Part shown: in pieces, positions 25,588-37,450 of the stretch | How positions within the stretch are numbered: the first letter of the stretch is position 1 | Layout of the letters: the number at the start of each line of letters is the position of its first letter | DNA from: Yuukianura sp. NJ FZ-2021 | Taxonomy: Eukaryota | Assembly (NCBI GenBank): GCA_046563655.1 | Contig: CM102285.1 | Location: forward strand, 13,888,001 to 13,952,000 | Direction of reading: 5' to 3' | Length of the DNA stretch: 64,000 nucleotides | Notes under the pieces: model-generated | Seen by the model: the letters and a program-made list of their open reading frames with translations, nothing else | The model's database searches: none | What the model was told of the DNA's origin: nothing | Program-made: the position numbers and the translations under genes

Positions 25588-27633
25588 ATGGAGGAAGCGG
25601 AGACATCACTACTGGAAATAGTTGTCGGTACTTATGAAAACTTTCTGCTGGGGTTCACTGTGTCAGGCGGACCATGTCAGGAGGAAAACGAGGTCACCGA
25701 ACATCGCGTAAGAACCACGTTAGTTATCCGTACCGTGAAATAATATCATACAATGCAGTTCGTTAACGTAATGCACTCTTATTTCACAAATGTAAGTTAA
25801 TCCATAACTGCTTTTGGACAAAGATGTGCTATAAAAAGTATCAGAATACTAGAGTTGGCAGGTTCTTGTGATCTGTCAATGTGGACTTACTTGATTACAG
25901 ATTAACGCTTAGAAATAAGAAGGTGGAAGTTACTATGTACTAATATGCCATGCTGTGATTGAAGTAAGATGGACTTAACATCTATGTTTTTATCGTTTTT
26001 AGGAGTATTCATTGAAGCCCAGTTTCACAAACAACTCACATTGCGGAAGCATTCGGTCCATATGTGCTGTCCGGAAGTACATCGCTTCTGGGAGTACCGA
26101 CGAAGTAATCAGACTGCTGAATCTATCCTCCCGAACAGAACATGGGACACTCCAGCATCATACTGGTAAGAAACATTCTTGATTCATATAAATTGACATG
26201 GCACAAGACTTACCACATGGAAGAGCGCTGCACTTGCCCCTTCATGTCATTAATCTGTGCAAAAATAGAAGCTGTTAATTAGCATTGTGAGCTTTCAATA
26301 GTTCTCAGTGTCAGTCAACAAGCGTACAGACACTTAGTAATAAATTTTATCGCAACTTATTTAGCCAATTTAAGCGTACTCTGCTAATAATTGTTTGACT
26401 TGTTTAGGTACCATCACATGTCTCACAGCTTTTCATTCGTACCTGTTCAGCGGAAGTGACGATGGGTCAATTTGTATCTGGAAAACGGGTAGCTGGGTAT
26501 GTGAGAAAACGCTTTTCGCACATGATGGTGGAGTGATCGGAATCTCCGTTCATCCAAGTGGGAAGCTGGCTTTGTCCATTGGGCAAGACAGGGCCCTCAA
26601 GACATGGAACCTCATCAAAGGCAGACATGGCTACACCACAAACATCAAGGGAATTGCAGATGCCGTCCAGTGGTCAACAGAAGGAAACTACTACGCTGTT
26701 TCAATCGCTAATCGCTTGGATGTTTACTCCCTCGAGTCTGCAAAAGTAGTCTACACTGTGCCATTCGGGAAGAAGATTTGGCACATCGTCTTTCTTACGG
26801 TAAAACTTAAACACAATTAGCATTCACAAGGTTACGCACATATTTTTTCCCAGGGCCAGTCTTTCCAAATGACTTTCCCTGGAGTAAATTGTGCTAAATC
26901 AATAGGAGTTAATTAGCACGATGATTGATTTGCATGAATCATTGTGTCAGTCAACTACCGCACATCATTCAACGTTTATCAAACGTTACTAAAGTTTTTT
27001 GAAAATCTATAATCTAAAAACCTTTGATTCCAGGATAACATTGTTGCTGTGGCGGGAGATTCCGAAAACGTCCAAGTTCACGACGTGTCCCAGTCTAAGC
27101 AATTGACCACCTTTGCCGCCCACAAAACTCGAGTAAAGGACATGAAGTATCACGTTCAGCAAGATTTGCTTATTACCACATCCAACTCTGACGGATTCAT
27201 CAAACTCTGGAGGTTTCCTGAGGTAAGTTCTCAACTTCAGCTAAAATTCACTTAGAATCTGTGAAAACCACAAACAGCTGATTGTGAATCTGCTTCATTT
27301 TAGGCCGAATTTTCCAAACCACCAACACTCCTTACTGAACTCAACACGACATGTCGCGTGACCTGTCTCACTGTATGGGATAAGTCTCTGGTTCCTTCCA
27401 AGAAGAAAGCTGGAGAAGCGGAGACAGAAGATGCTCATCTTATTCTACAGGAAGATGAAGATACTTTTGAAGATCGCGGAGATGACGGTGAAGAAGCATC
27501 AGATGAAGCTGAAATGGAACTGGAACAACCGGAACCTCCGAAAAGGAAGTCTAAAGTAAAGAAATCCAACACAACCGAACCAACAGCACTGGATTTTAGG
27601 GAACACAAGAAATCAAAACGAAGAAAAAAGTAA
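25588..27633 (+). CDS. PAK1IP1: PAK1-interacting protein 1 (WD40, Mak11-like 60S biogenesis factor)
   Basis: N-terminal LEIVVGTYENFLLGF; WD repeats IASGSTDEVIRL, LFSGSDDGSICIW, ISVHPSGKLALSIGQDRALKTWNLIKGR; RVTCLTVW followed by an acidic then basic tail. Confidence 0.92.
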
Positions 27634-27782
27634 ACATTTTTTGACATAAGTTAAGAAATCATTTGACCTTCAAGCAATCTCCAGAGTAAGACAAGACAAA
27701 AGATGTATTTTTTCCTACAAATCCACCAATTACTAATTGGCCCCTCTCTTTTGTTACCTGACACTTCAATAGGCATTGATTT

Positions 27783-30700
27783 TCAGTATCTTCCAACATG
27801 CGAAAATGTTGCCCTGAGGTCATTCAGATCCTTGGAACTAATTGTGGCATAATTAGTTGGACGAACGTTGGAAGCTTCGAAGACGGTCGGTCGTTGGTCA
27901 ATTTTGGGCGGGAAGCGAAGCGACAGTTTTTCAGTCGGCGACGGTTGAGTGATCGGACGCGGTTGACGACTTTTCGATCGTCTTCGAGTCCTGAGCGGTT
28001 CGTATCGAATTACTCCTGGAAGGACAGGCGGAGATTCGTCGATCTTTGACGCTGCAGCAGCGATTCGGCAGCGCTGAACTTCTCTACTGAACTTCATTGT
28101 CGCTTCGTTCTGCGTTCTACTTCCTCTGTTGGACGCTTGTACATGCGATTGAGGCGGAGTGTTGAATTCGATCACTGGGAAGTACGCTGAATGCTTCATT
28201 TTTTCCCGTTCCTTTTCAGCGTTACTTTTGAGGAACTTGCTAGAAATTTGTGATTGGCCGGTTCGATTGGTCGGTTTTTTCAAAGTCATTCCGAGAGGTG
28301 CTGACAGGTCACTGCCAGTATCAGCGTTGAAACTGACTGGAATACTGCCAAGTTGTGTCCTTGGTTGTCTTCCTCGCGGTTTTATTGGTGGGCGATCAGC
28401 ATTGTGGTATCCTGAACCTGAAATATTGGCAGCATTTTAGCTGTAAGTTTCAAAAGTACGATGAAATGCGGTTTTTAGAATCTGAAACCTGGACGCTGAT
28501 TGGACGATTCAAGCTCCAAGCAGTGTGTTTGTGGACGCATGTCAACATCTAGATGCTTGTTGATGCTGATAGCAGTTGAAGGTTTTCTTCCTCGAGACGG
28601 CGGCGGTGTTTCATCAATAAATGTAAGGTCAACTGCAATTTCAAAAAATAAATGTTGAAAATTTCAAAATTTTGAAAATAATTCTAAAATTTTTAAAATT
28701 TTGAAATTGATTACTGGAAGTTGACGGACGGAACTGCTGCGTCATAGGACGCTCCGGAACCACAACTGCTGTCGTTTTCTTCGGATACTTCGACAGCGAC
28801 AGAATTGCTTGCGTGATACTTCGGAATCCTGTTGTAGAAGGTGTTCTAAACACATCTTCGTTTTTGGAATTCAGCGATTCAGCGCACTCCCCTTTTTCTA
28901 CATCAATCTCTTCTGGATCATTTTCAAAACTAATTGCGTCCAGCTTCTTTTGAACTTCTCGAAACGTTTCTTCAAGCTCGGCAGCACAAAAGTCCGGTCT
29001 CTTTCCAGCATTTCTCGGTGGTTCAACTGCGACCTTGTCACGTGACTGCGATTCTTGGGCAGTATAAAGTTTCCTCTTGGAGTACAACTTTTGTTGAAGT
29101 GTGCTGAATTGACTAGCAGCGATTGGAGGTCTAGAATAAGGTGGAGGCGGAGCCTCGTCGATCGAAAGTTTGACGCTTGATTCTGATACTGTCGGCGCAG
29201 TCGTGTTTGGACGTACAGATTTTTCCCAGGAGAGCAACTTGAATTTCTTGTTGAACAAACTACTGAGAAATTGTGTTGGAGATGTCTTGGATACTGGCGA
29301 AGTTTCTTTCTGGAGCAGTTCTCGATGCTGGAGGTCAGTGTTACTGTCAATGAGTACTTCGTTGAGTTCGCCCCAAGCATCTCCGCTTCCTCCTTTCAAG
29401 TTCTGATCAATCAAGTTCAATGGGAGAGTAATCGCTGATTGGCTTCTGTGTCGCTCCAAGAATGAGTTGAGTCCAGGATCGGAAAAGACGCTGGAAGTTT
29501 TTGGTGGTTCAGAAGGAGCACAGATCTCTCCACGTTCCAGCATTCCGTACAAATAGTTTCTGTAAGTGTCGATCGGAAAACGAACGGAATCGTCAATTTC
29601 CGGCGTAATAGGATGGTTACATCTGATTTCTTCCCAAACTTGACGGTGTCTAAAAAGTAAAGGAAAGTGACAAGTTAACTTTCTGTAATGCTAAAAGTTG
29701 AAAATGCTATAAACGGTATAACAAAAACAAACGAAAAGATACTCAAAAGTTGAAAAAGTTAAAACTTCGATCTGGATGTTCGAAGTTGCTCAGTTTCAGT
29801 TGGATAACTGAAGGGTTGAAATGTTGAAATTAGTTAAAAGTTGAAAAGTTAAACGCTGGTAAACTTTACCGCTCGAAAAATTAAAATCGCTTACAACTTA
29901 AAACTTGAAAGTTAAAATCAGGGTGTCGGGTTTTTTCGGTTTTTTTGAAAAAAACCAAAAAAACCGGTTTTTTTGGTTTAAACCAGGTTTTTTTGGTTTT
30001 TTTGGTTTAAACCAAAGCTTGCGAATTCATGCGCGATGCGCGAAGAAGAATGGTCTAGAAGTAAATTAAAATGGGTGCCAAGGATATCTGGTATATTTAC
30101 ATTAGGTACCCTTTCGAATCAAGTTGAAATTTAAACTAAACTAAAACAATATAAATTTGTTCCAACAATCAGAAGCAGATATGTCATGTCGTCAAAACAG
30201 TCAGAAAACAAAACTTTTTGGAATGGTCCCGCTTGTGCTCTGCACTTCGTAAAGACTGCTAAAAATCCTGGAGCCCTTTCGTTTTCAACTGCTGCATAAG
30301 TAACGGCGAGTTCAATTTACATGCTCCGACCGTTTTTCTTTTTTTTGCCAAGCTAGACAGAATGCATCAGATTGGCCAAATAAATGAATAGGAAGGTCAG
30401 GAGAATGTCGCAGACACTTGCCTGCGACATTCTCTTCCTAGTAGAATCCTTTACAGTTTTCGAAACCTTTGCAGTTAAAAATTTCCACTTGACCTTCCAC
30501 TTCTTGTCCACATGCGTTACATTTTGCCCTACTGCCCTTTTGGTCACGAGAAATTATTTCCTGGAAGCTTAACCAAACGATTTCACGTTTCCTACCGCCA
30601 CTCATTGTTCAATTAACTCAAAACTACGAACAATTTTACCTTAACACGAAATGGCGTATTGAACAGTAAGATAAAAGAATAACTTTGAATGCGCGTTAAG

Positions 30701-32425
30701 GCGGTCTAATTCTGGAAATACACTGGAAACAGAAGGTTTCGGTTTTTCAAGCAAAACTAAAAATATTTTGACAGAAAATGAGAAAAACAAAGCTCCTGTG
30801 AAACTATTTTGAATTTTTTTTATCATTTCGCATGAAATTCTTGATTTGGTTTAAACCAATGGTTTTTTTAAAAAAACCAAGTGGTTTAAACCGTGGTTTA
30901 AACCATGGTTTAAACCAACTGGTTTAAACCAACGACACCCTGGTTAAAATAATTTCAAACTTTAATAAGCGTTCAAAGTTACGATTTCATCCGTTACCTC
31001 ATGAGAAATGGATGATCCAGAACTTCTTCGATAGTCAATCGTTTTTCTGGAGAGAAGATTAGGATTTTTCTCATCAAATCCAGCATGATCGGTTCATAAT
31101 TTTTCAAAAGCTCCGCTAAAGTTGGTTTGCGGTTCATCATGGCGGCCAGTACAACTGACTGGATGCTGGTTGAAGTCGTTAGTCTCTCAAGCTCTTCTCT
31201 CGTTGGATGTTCAATTGCTCCAATCACCATCTCGATTTGCTCAATCGTGTTTGCCGCTGGGAAAAGTGCTTTCCGGTTGACCATTTCCGCCAAAATGCAA
31301 GCCAGTCCCCAAATGTCTATTGCTTTCGAATACCTACAACATTTTCAAATTTAATTTCGAATTTTTAAATTTTGAATTCATTAAAAGCTTGGATTTCTTA
31401 CTTTCTGCAGCTCAAAAGAACTTCGGGTGGTCGATACCAACGTGTGGCAATGTAATCTGTCATTTCCGGGTGACAGTCGCCTTTTCCCCAGTCAACCGAG
31501 GTCATTGACCTGGCCAAACCGAAATCTCCAAGCTTCACGTTCAGAGCCTTGTCCAGAAGTATGTTGGCTGGCTACAGTTCAAAGTAATTAAAAGTTAGTT
31601 AAATGCAAAGTAATTAAATTGTAATTAAATGTAAAGTTAATTTGATTCATCGTACTTTTAAATCTCGGTGTAGGACATTCGCAGAATGGAGATACAACAC
31701 GGCCTTGCAGATTTGGTAAAAGATTGTCCGGATTTGGACGTCACCGAGTTTTTCTGGAGCGCTTTTGACCAATTTGTGTAGATCAGTAGCTGGAATGGAG
31801 TTGAAATGTTAAAAAATGTTAAAAACTAAAATTTTGAAAGTTTTGCTAACTTTACCTAACAACGGGAAGCAAATGTAAAAATCTTGGTCATTTCTGGCTC
31901 GATGTCCACCGGTGACACTGATGATGTTCGGATGGTTACCAAATTTGAGAAGAAAAAAAATTTCGCGATACGTTCGCTGAGCGTCCATGTTATTTCGAAA
32001 AGCATCAAAAATTTTCTTGAGAGCAACTTTTTTGTTGGTTTTGATTTCGACAGCTTCCCAAACGATTCCGTAGGCCTAAAAATCAGACTCAAAGTTAACT
32101 TTTTTCAAAATTTCATAAAAATTTAAAGTTTTTCAAAATTTCTTTTTCAAAAACTTACCCCTTTGCCAAGCCTTTCCATAATCCTGAACCTCTCCAGCAC
32201 GGGAGCGTCCACTTCAACCTTATCGTCGCCACTTTCACTCGTGGCTTTGCTGGCTTTCGGAGACGGAACAGCAGACTTTCTTCGTTTTCGTGGGGGGCCC
32301 TTCGTGACTTTGAAAGTCGACTTGCTGTCCCTGACTTTGTCAAGGGTCATGACCCCTTGACCTGACTCTGCAGTTCCATTGAGGGAACTCATCCCTACGA
32401 AGCATTTGGTCATGGCACTTGGCAT
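27783..32425 (-). CDS. MAPK15: Atypical MAP kinase ERK7/MAPK15 with a long disordered C-terminal tail
   Basis: RLGKG|AYGIVWEA, VALKKIFDAFRNNMDAQRTYREI, HRDLK|PANILL, KLGDFGLARS, activation loop EMTDYIATRWYRPPEVLL (TDY). Confidence 0.88.
29919..30942 (-). mobile_element. Non-autonomous, internally deleted hAT DNA transposon in a MAPK15 intron
   Basis: Terminal inverted repeats CAGGGTGTCG (29919-29928) and CGACACCCTG (30933-30942); perfect 8-bp target-site duplication GTTAAAAT (29911-29918, 30943-30950); subterminal GGTTTAAACC repeats; minus-strand remnant MSGGRKREIVWLSF...AKCNACGQEVEG (BED-finger-like) from 30605. Confidence 0.88.
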
Positions 32426-32793
32426 TTTTCAATTTGAGTCGAGTAAAAAGTTGTTCACTAACTTTAATTCAGTTTGCATTGTGATTTTTTAAAAGTAAGG
32501 ACAGAGTGAACTGAATTATCCAAAGTAAATTCAATATTCTGCTGTGTCCCTTGTTTGATCGACGACCCTCAGCTAAAAGTAACAAACAGGGTGAATCACT
32601 TTGTTTAGCGAGGGGAGCAGATTCGTTGCTTTGGCAATACCAGTCAACAATACCATAACGTACAATACCGTAAAAATGCTTTGAAGTGCCGGTAACTTAC
32701 TAAAACTTGTAACTTCTACATAGTAACGACTAACGGTGGGGTCACTCACGATGGCAGTACTAAAATTACAAAGAATTCCAGTGAGCAGGAAGA

Positions 32794-34033
32794 TCATTTT
32801 GCTGACTTGACTTTGAGTTTCATCAGATGAAAAACGAAGTTGACGATTTTTTCGTAGCAGAGAAACATAAGAGCGGCAGTTAAAATGGTCTGGATAATCT
32901 TGGATTCCATTCCTTTGAAAATGGACCAAAATCCTTGTCTTCTGATCATTTGTGACAGTAGGGCAAAAGATGACTTGGCTCCACATCCGTTCTAAACATA
33001 AATTAACCGACTGCAAATTAGGTAACCTAACTAATGCATGGACATCAGTATAAACTTTACCCTCATCTTGGTCTGGACGAGCTGGAGCGGATAAGTGAGT
33101 ACGGTAGCAATGCACTTCGAGACAGCACCAATCAGGAAGTATGTCAAAGCGCCACCCTTGACTCGTTTTTTGAGACCTTCGTAAATCATGAATACGACTG
33201 CTGGATTCAGTACTAGAAGAAGCGATGGACCCACGGAAGCCCACAAGGCTTTGTATCCTTCTCGCTCACTAATTTGCTTCAGACCATCTACAAGAATTGA
33301 ACAAAGTACAGCATTAGTTAGATAATTTGTACTGGAAAACTAAATAAACGAAACTAAAACGAAACAACTGAAAACTTACCCCACATACTGGCATATGGAG
33401 TACCCATCTTCATCCTTGTGTTGACAACCCATAGTGGAGTAGTAACCACGACCTGAACAACGTCAATAGGAAAGTTATAAATTGTTCAATTCATGTTATC
33501 ATTGAATGTTGAAAGTAATCGATGGTTTACTGACATTGACTGCACCGGCTAGTCCACCAAACAGTAGATTCTGTAAAGCTGATCGTTTCTTCCCTCCTTT
33601 GAGAGCATGAAAGACGTAAAAATATACGAAGTTTGATGCACAAAGTGACTGTAGGGTAGGAACGATTCCACGGTATACGTTTGACACGCCTTCTTCCTGC
33701 AGTACTCGAGCAAGAGTCTTCAGCGTACTGGATGTCGGGCTTAGAGCATCAACTAGTTAGTTAAAAAAAATGGTTAGCCTCATTTACACGTTAAAAATCG
33801 TATACAATCTTCTTTAGTAAAAATCTTACGTTGTATGCGTGCTCTTATGTTATCCAGTGGGTACGTCGCTGACATGGCTGTTACGGATGCCTGAAAAAGT
33901 TAAAGAAAAAGTCGTCATTACTAATCAATCGCCATCGTTAACTAATATGCTTATCGTTAACCAATTCGTTTACCAGAGAGCCAGCCATGGCATGAACAAG
34001 GTTGTTGTAGGAGAACAAGGCCGTGGACTCCAT
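32794..34033 (-). CDS. SLC25A17: Peroxisomal carrier PMP34 (mitochondrial carrier family)
   Basis: LFSYNNLVHAMAG, TYPLDNIRAR, YRGIVPTLQSLCASNFVYFY, TTPLWVVNTRMK, LVLNPAVVFMIYEGLK, TYPLQLVQTK, KGMESKIIQTILTAALMFLCYEKI. Confidence 0.9.
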
Positions 34034-34512
34034 TTTGGCCAGATCAGCTGTGACGTTTGCCGGTAGAGGTAAGGTAATTGAAAATATTAATTAAATACTG
34101 AACAAAAGAACTAGAAACTTCAAGTAATCAATTACTATTCAATCAACATTCAATTAGTGAAGAATCCCATTCCCAAACCTCTTTTCAAAAGCAGGTTTGT
34201 TTTTCACTACCGAATCCAATCAAGATGTTTGGATACTTCGGAAAAAATTTACTCCCAGACTCCCGGTTCTCCGCCATACAAAAAAGTGGAACAAAATTCT
34301 CCGCGGCATCACCTTATGAGAATCAGGTAATCCATAGGCAGCCCGTGTTCTGTTAATCGATTAATTGTTAATCGTACGCAAGTTTATTTCGGTAGTTAAT
34401 ACAGTTCTGTTCTAATGAAAACCATTTCTCCATAACGAGTTGGTTAAGTTTCTTTGGAATCTTTTATAGCTGGGTTAACTGATTAAGGAGTTCCGCTTCC
34501 GGTTTAGAAGAA

Positions 34513-37025
34513 TTAGATGTTGATGAGATTTCCACTGCATTCGCTACAAGAATGTATTGATGCTGCACTGGAATTGTTGATGGTGGAGATGAGCTCACTT
34601 AATTTTTCAATCGGTTTCTCCTTGTCTTCAGTGTTTTCATGGTAGTTCTTCAGCAGTTCATTCAATTCTTCCATCTTCACCTTTAGTTCAGCTCGTTCTC
34701 TACTCAGCGTCTCCATTTCACGGTCTTTTTCTCGGACTTTTTCCTTCAGCACCAACTTTTGACTTTGGTAGAGGGAGATGTAGTCTCCTACAAATGTTTT
34801 AAAAACGTTTTCAAAAATATATTTTGTGACAAAATCAGTGAAAAATTGTTGACAACTTACCAATAGTGTCGTTTTCTCCTTGAAGTTGAATGACAAGATG
34901 TTCCAGTCGGTTGACTTCAGTACGAAGACGGTCGCTCTCACTTCTCAACTTTTCGCAATCCGTTGCTTCGACAGTCTTGATTTTTAGATTTGCTGCTAAC
35001 TTGTCCAGTTCCTCTCGATAAGTTAAGTTTTCCCATTCCAGACGTGCCAACTTCTTTTCCATCGGAGAAGGTCCATCATTTGTCGGTAGAATCACACGAT
35101 GATCATGATCGTGGTCGTGATCATGATGTTCATGTCCATCTTCATGCTTGTGGTTATGATCGTGGTGTCCATGTCCATCATCGTGGCTGTGGTCATGGTC
35201 ATGACCCTCATGATGATGATGGTCTTCTTCGCAACTGCCTTTGCCATGCTCATCGTGGTGATTATCACAACTGTCTCCGTGGTGATGATCATGTTCATGT
35301 CCATTGTCCGTAGCGGTAACTGTTCCATGGTGGTGACTTTCCGAATTTCGCTGGACGTGAACCGACTCCAAAGGATGCTCGACGGAAGGCACTTTAGTTT
35401 TATGATGGTCGCCATCATGGTCGTGATGTTCATGTGAACATCTCGTCTCCCGGTCATTTGCTTCCATCAAATCGTACAGTTGTTTCTCAAGCACAATATT
35501 CTTATTCTGAAAGATTTGATCATATTTCAATTAATATAATATATTATAAATTAATTACTAATATAATAACTTAATTAACATTAATGTATCAATTATAGTA
35601 ACCTTTAACTGCTTTAGCTCCTCCTCCAGTGCTAGAGTGACAGTTTCCAGCGCTTTCTCATGTTCCACTTGATGCTGATTTCCGTGAATCAATTCTTCAA
35701 CTCTCAGAGATTTTTCTTTCAGCGCTTCTTCCATGATCTTGTGTCGCTCTTGGTCAATGTCCCAGTTCGATTCCAGCTCCCGTTTGGAGGCTGACTGCAA
35801 AAAAATAAAATAAAATAATAATAATAATAATAGTAAAAACGACAAATTAACGATTTTATAAACAACAAAAAGCAACTGTGGAATTAATTAGTAACTGGTA
35901 ATTAATTTAGTCATAATAAACTCACAACTTTTATGAAAGCCGATTGCATGTCATCGAACGCTTTCTGTTTCGCTTCGTTCTCTGCCAAAGCAGAGTTCAA
36001 TTGCGACCGAACGTCCGAAATGACAACTTTAAGCTCCTCTACGGTAACTTTCAACGTTGAATATTTTTGTTTCAAAGGCATAAATTCCGTTGCAATTTCA
36101 TTCTGGAGTGCCTGTTTCTCATGAGCCAAGGTCTGAATTAACTTTTCCACTCCCTGCAGTTGTATGATATACTCCCGTTCGTGTTCCTTCAACATCAAGT
36201 TACTCTGTCGTAACTCTTTCAGTTCTTGTGTCAACAGTTTCAAATCGTTTTCATTCCGAGATGCCTCCAGGTTATGGGCAGAACCAAACTGAAATGTTGA
36301 ATTGGGAGTTGGCCGATGGATGAAGTTTTCCTCAGGCAATGGCTGATCTTCTGACTCGAACACTGCTAAATCAAGTTCTGTTTCTGGAGGTTGAATGTCC
36401 TGGTGTAAAGATTTCGTTAGAGTGTCACTTTCGACCCATTCACGAACAACGGATGCTCGGGCTATCCGTTCATTTGGAGTTGTCACTGGAGATGTGTTGG
36501 TATTGCTGGTGCTCAAGTCATCGTCTTCTTGACTAGATTGATTCAAACCTTCCAATTTCTGTGGGAGACTGTCGATGGTGGTTTCATCATCTGGGTTGTC
36601 AGGGAATTCAATAGTTGTCGGTGGTTTCGGCAGCATGAGGCCAGACGAATGTGGGGCCGGAGCTGAATGTGGTGGGGCCGGAGCTGAAGGTGTAGACGAT
36701 GCTCTGGATGGTGGGTCACTCTCTCCAATGTTGAGTGTGACAGTTCCATTTCCATGGAAATTATTCACTGAGCCTGCTGGAATTAGTTGGAAGGACTGTA
36801 CTTCTTTTTCCAGTTTTACGTTTACTGAATTCCCTGTTTGGGATTCACGTCGAGGTTCGACGTTTTTCTCAGGTTCATTACGATGCTGCTGCTGCTGCCG
36901 GTATTCCTGTACCTATAGGATAAAAATTACTCAATGAGCAAACGTTTTCATAACGTAAATGCTAGCAGCAGCCTTACTTTTCGCTTAGCAGCAGCAAGTC
37001 TCTCTTGTTTCTCTTGTGAATTCAT
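34513..37025 (-). CDS. GOLGA2: Golgin subfamily A member 2 (GM130)-like, with His-rich insert
   Basis: N-terminal ERLAAAKRK|VQEYRQQ (GM130 p115-binding type), coiled coils, conserved LQGENDTI|GDYISLYQSQK, and C-terminal HSCSECSGNLINI* (GRASP-binding type tail). Confidence 0.82.
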
Positions 37026-37061
37026 AATTCGTCAATCGGTGTTGTAATTGATGTCGTAATT

Positions 37062-37450
37062 TCAACGTCTCATGGACTGAGCTTGTTCTTTCAGATTTTC
37101 GAGTAAAGCCACGTTCTTTTGAATGTTTTCAAACTGATAGTTCATATGAATATGAAGTAGTTCCAATTTCCGCAGATTATCAGCTGTATCCTGGATGTGA
37201 TGTTCACCAGCAACAAACTTGTCAATCGATTGCTTGAGTACCTAAAACACCACAGTAAAATAATCAAAATAATAGACACTCAGATACACTCAAAATCAAA
37301 TCAGTTTTGCTAAATCCTACCAGTACAAACCTGATCAGCCTTTCCACCTCTTCCAATAGAATTCGATATCTGTGCAAATTGTCCGACGTTAGCAACGACT
37401 CGATCACAAAGTTTTGCTTTTTGTTCAGCGTACAATTGATTCGAGTTCAT
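37062..37450 (-). CDS. BORCS7: BLOC-1-related complex (BORC) subunit 7; two exons (37331-37450, 37062-37241), 99 aa
   Basis: Spliced translation MNSNQLYAEQKAKLCDRVVANVGQFAQISNSIGRGGKADQ|VLKQSIDKFVAGEHHIQDTADNLRKLELLHIHMNYQFENIQKNVALLENLKEQAQSMRR* matches the BORCS7 pattern (..LRKM....HLQYQ.E.IQKNV..) and size. It has a phase-0 GT-AG intron and is not in the ORF track. Confidence 0.8.

Noticed and set aside
32573..33244. 223-aa minus-strand ORF
   Set aside because: An off-frame overlap of SLC25A17 exons, intron and 3' UTR; the true frame carries the carrier motifs.
34990..35457. Met/Ile/Thr-rich and antisense ORFs over the His tract
   Set aside because: Alternate-frame shadows of the CAY/GAY codon repeat in the golgin exon.
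37026..37064. BORCS7-GM130 stop-codon readthrough fusion, or SL trans-spliced operon
   Set aside because: A second in-frame TGA lies in the spacer, and there is no AG acceptor before the downstream ATG.
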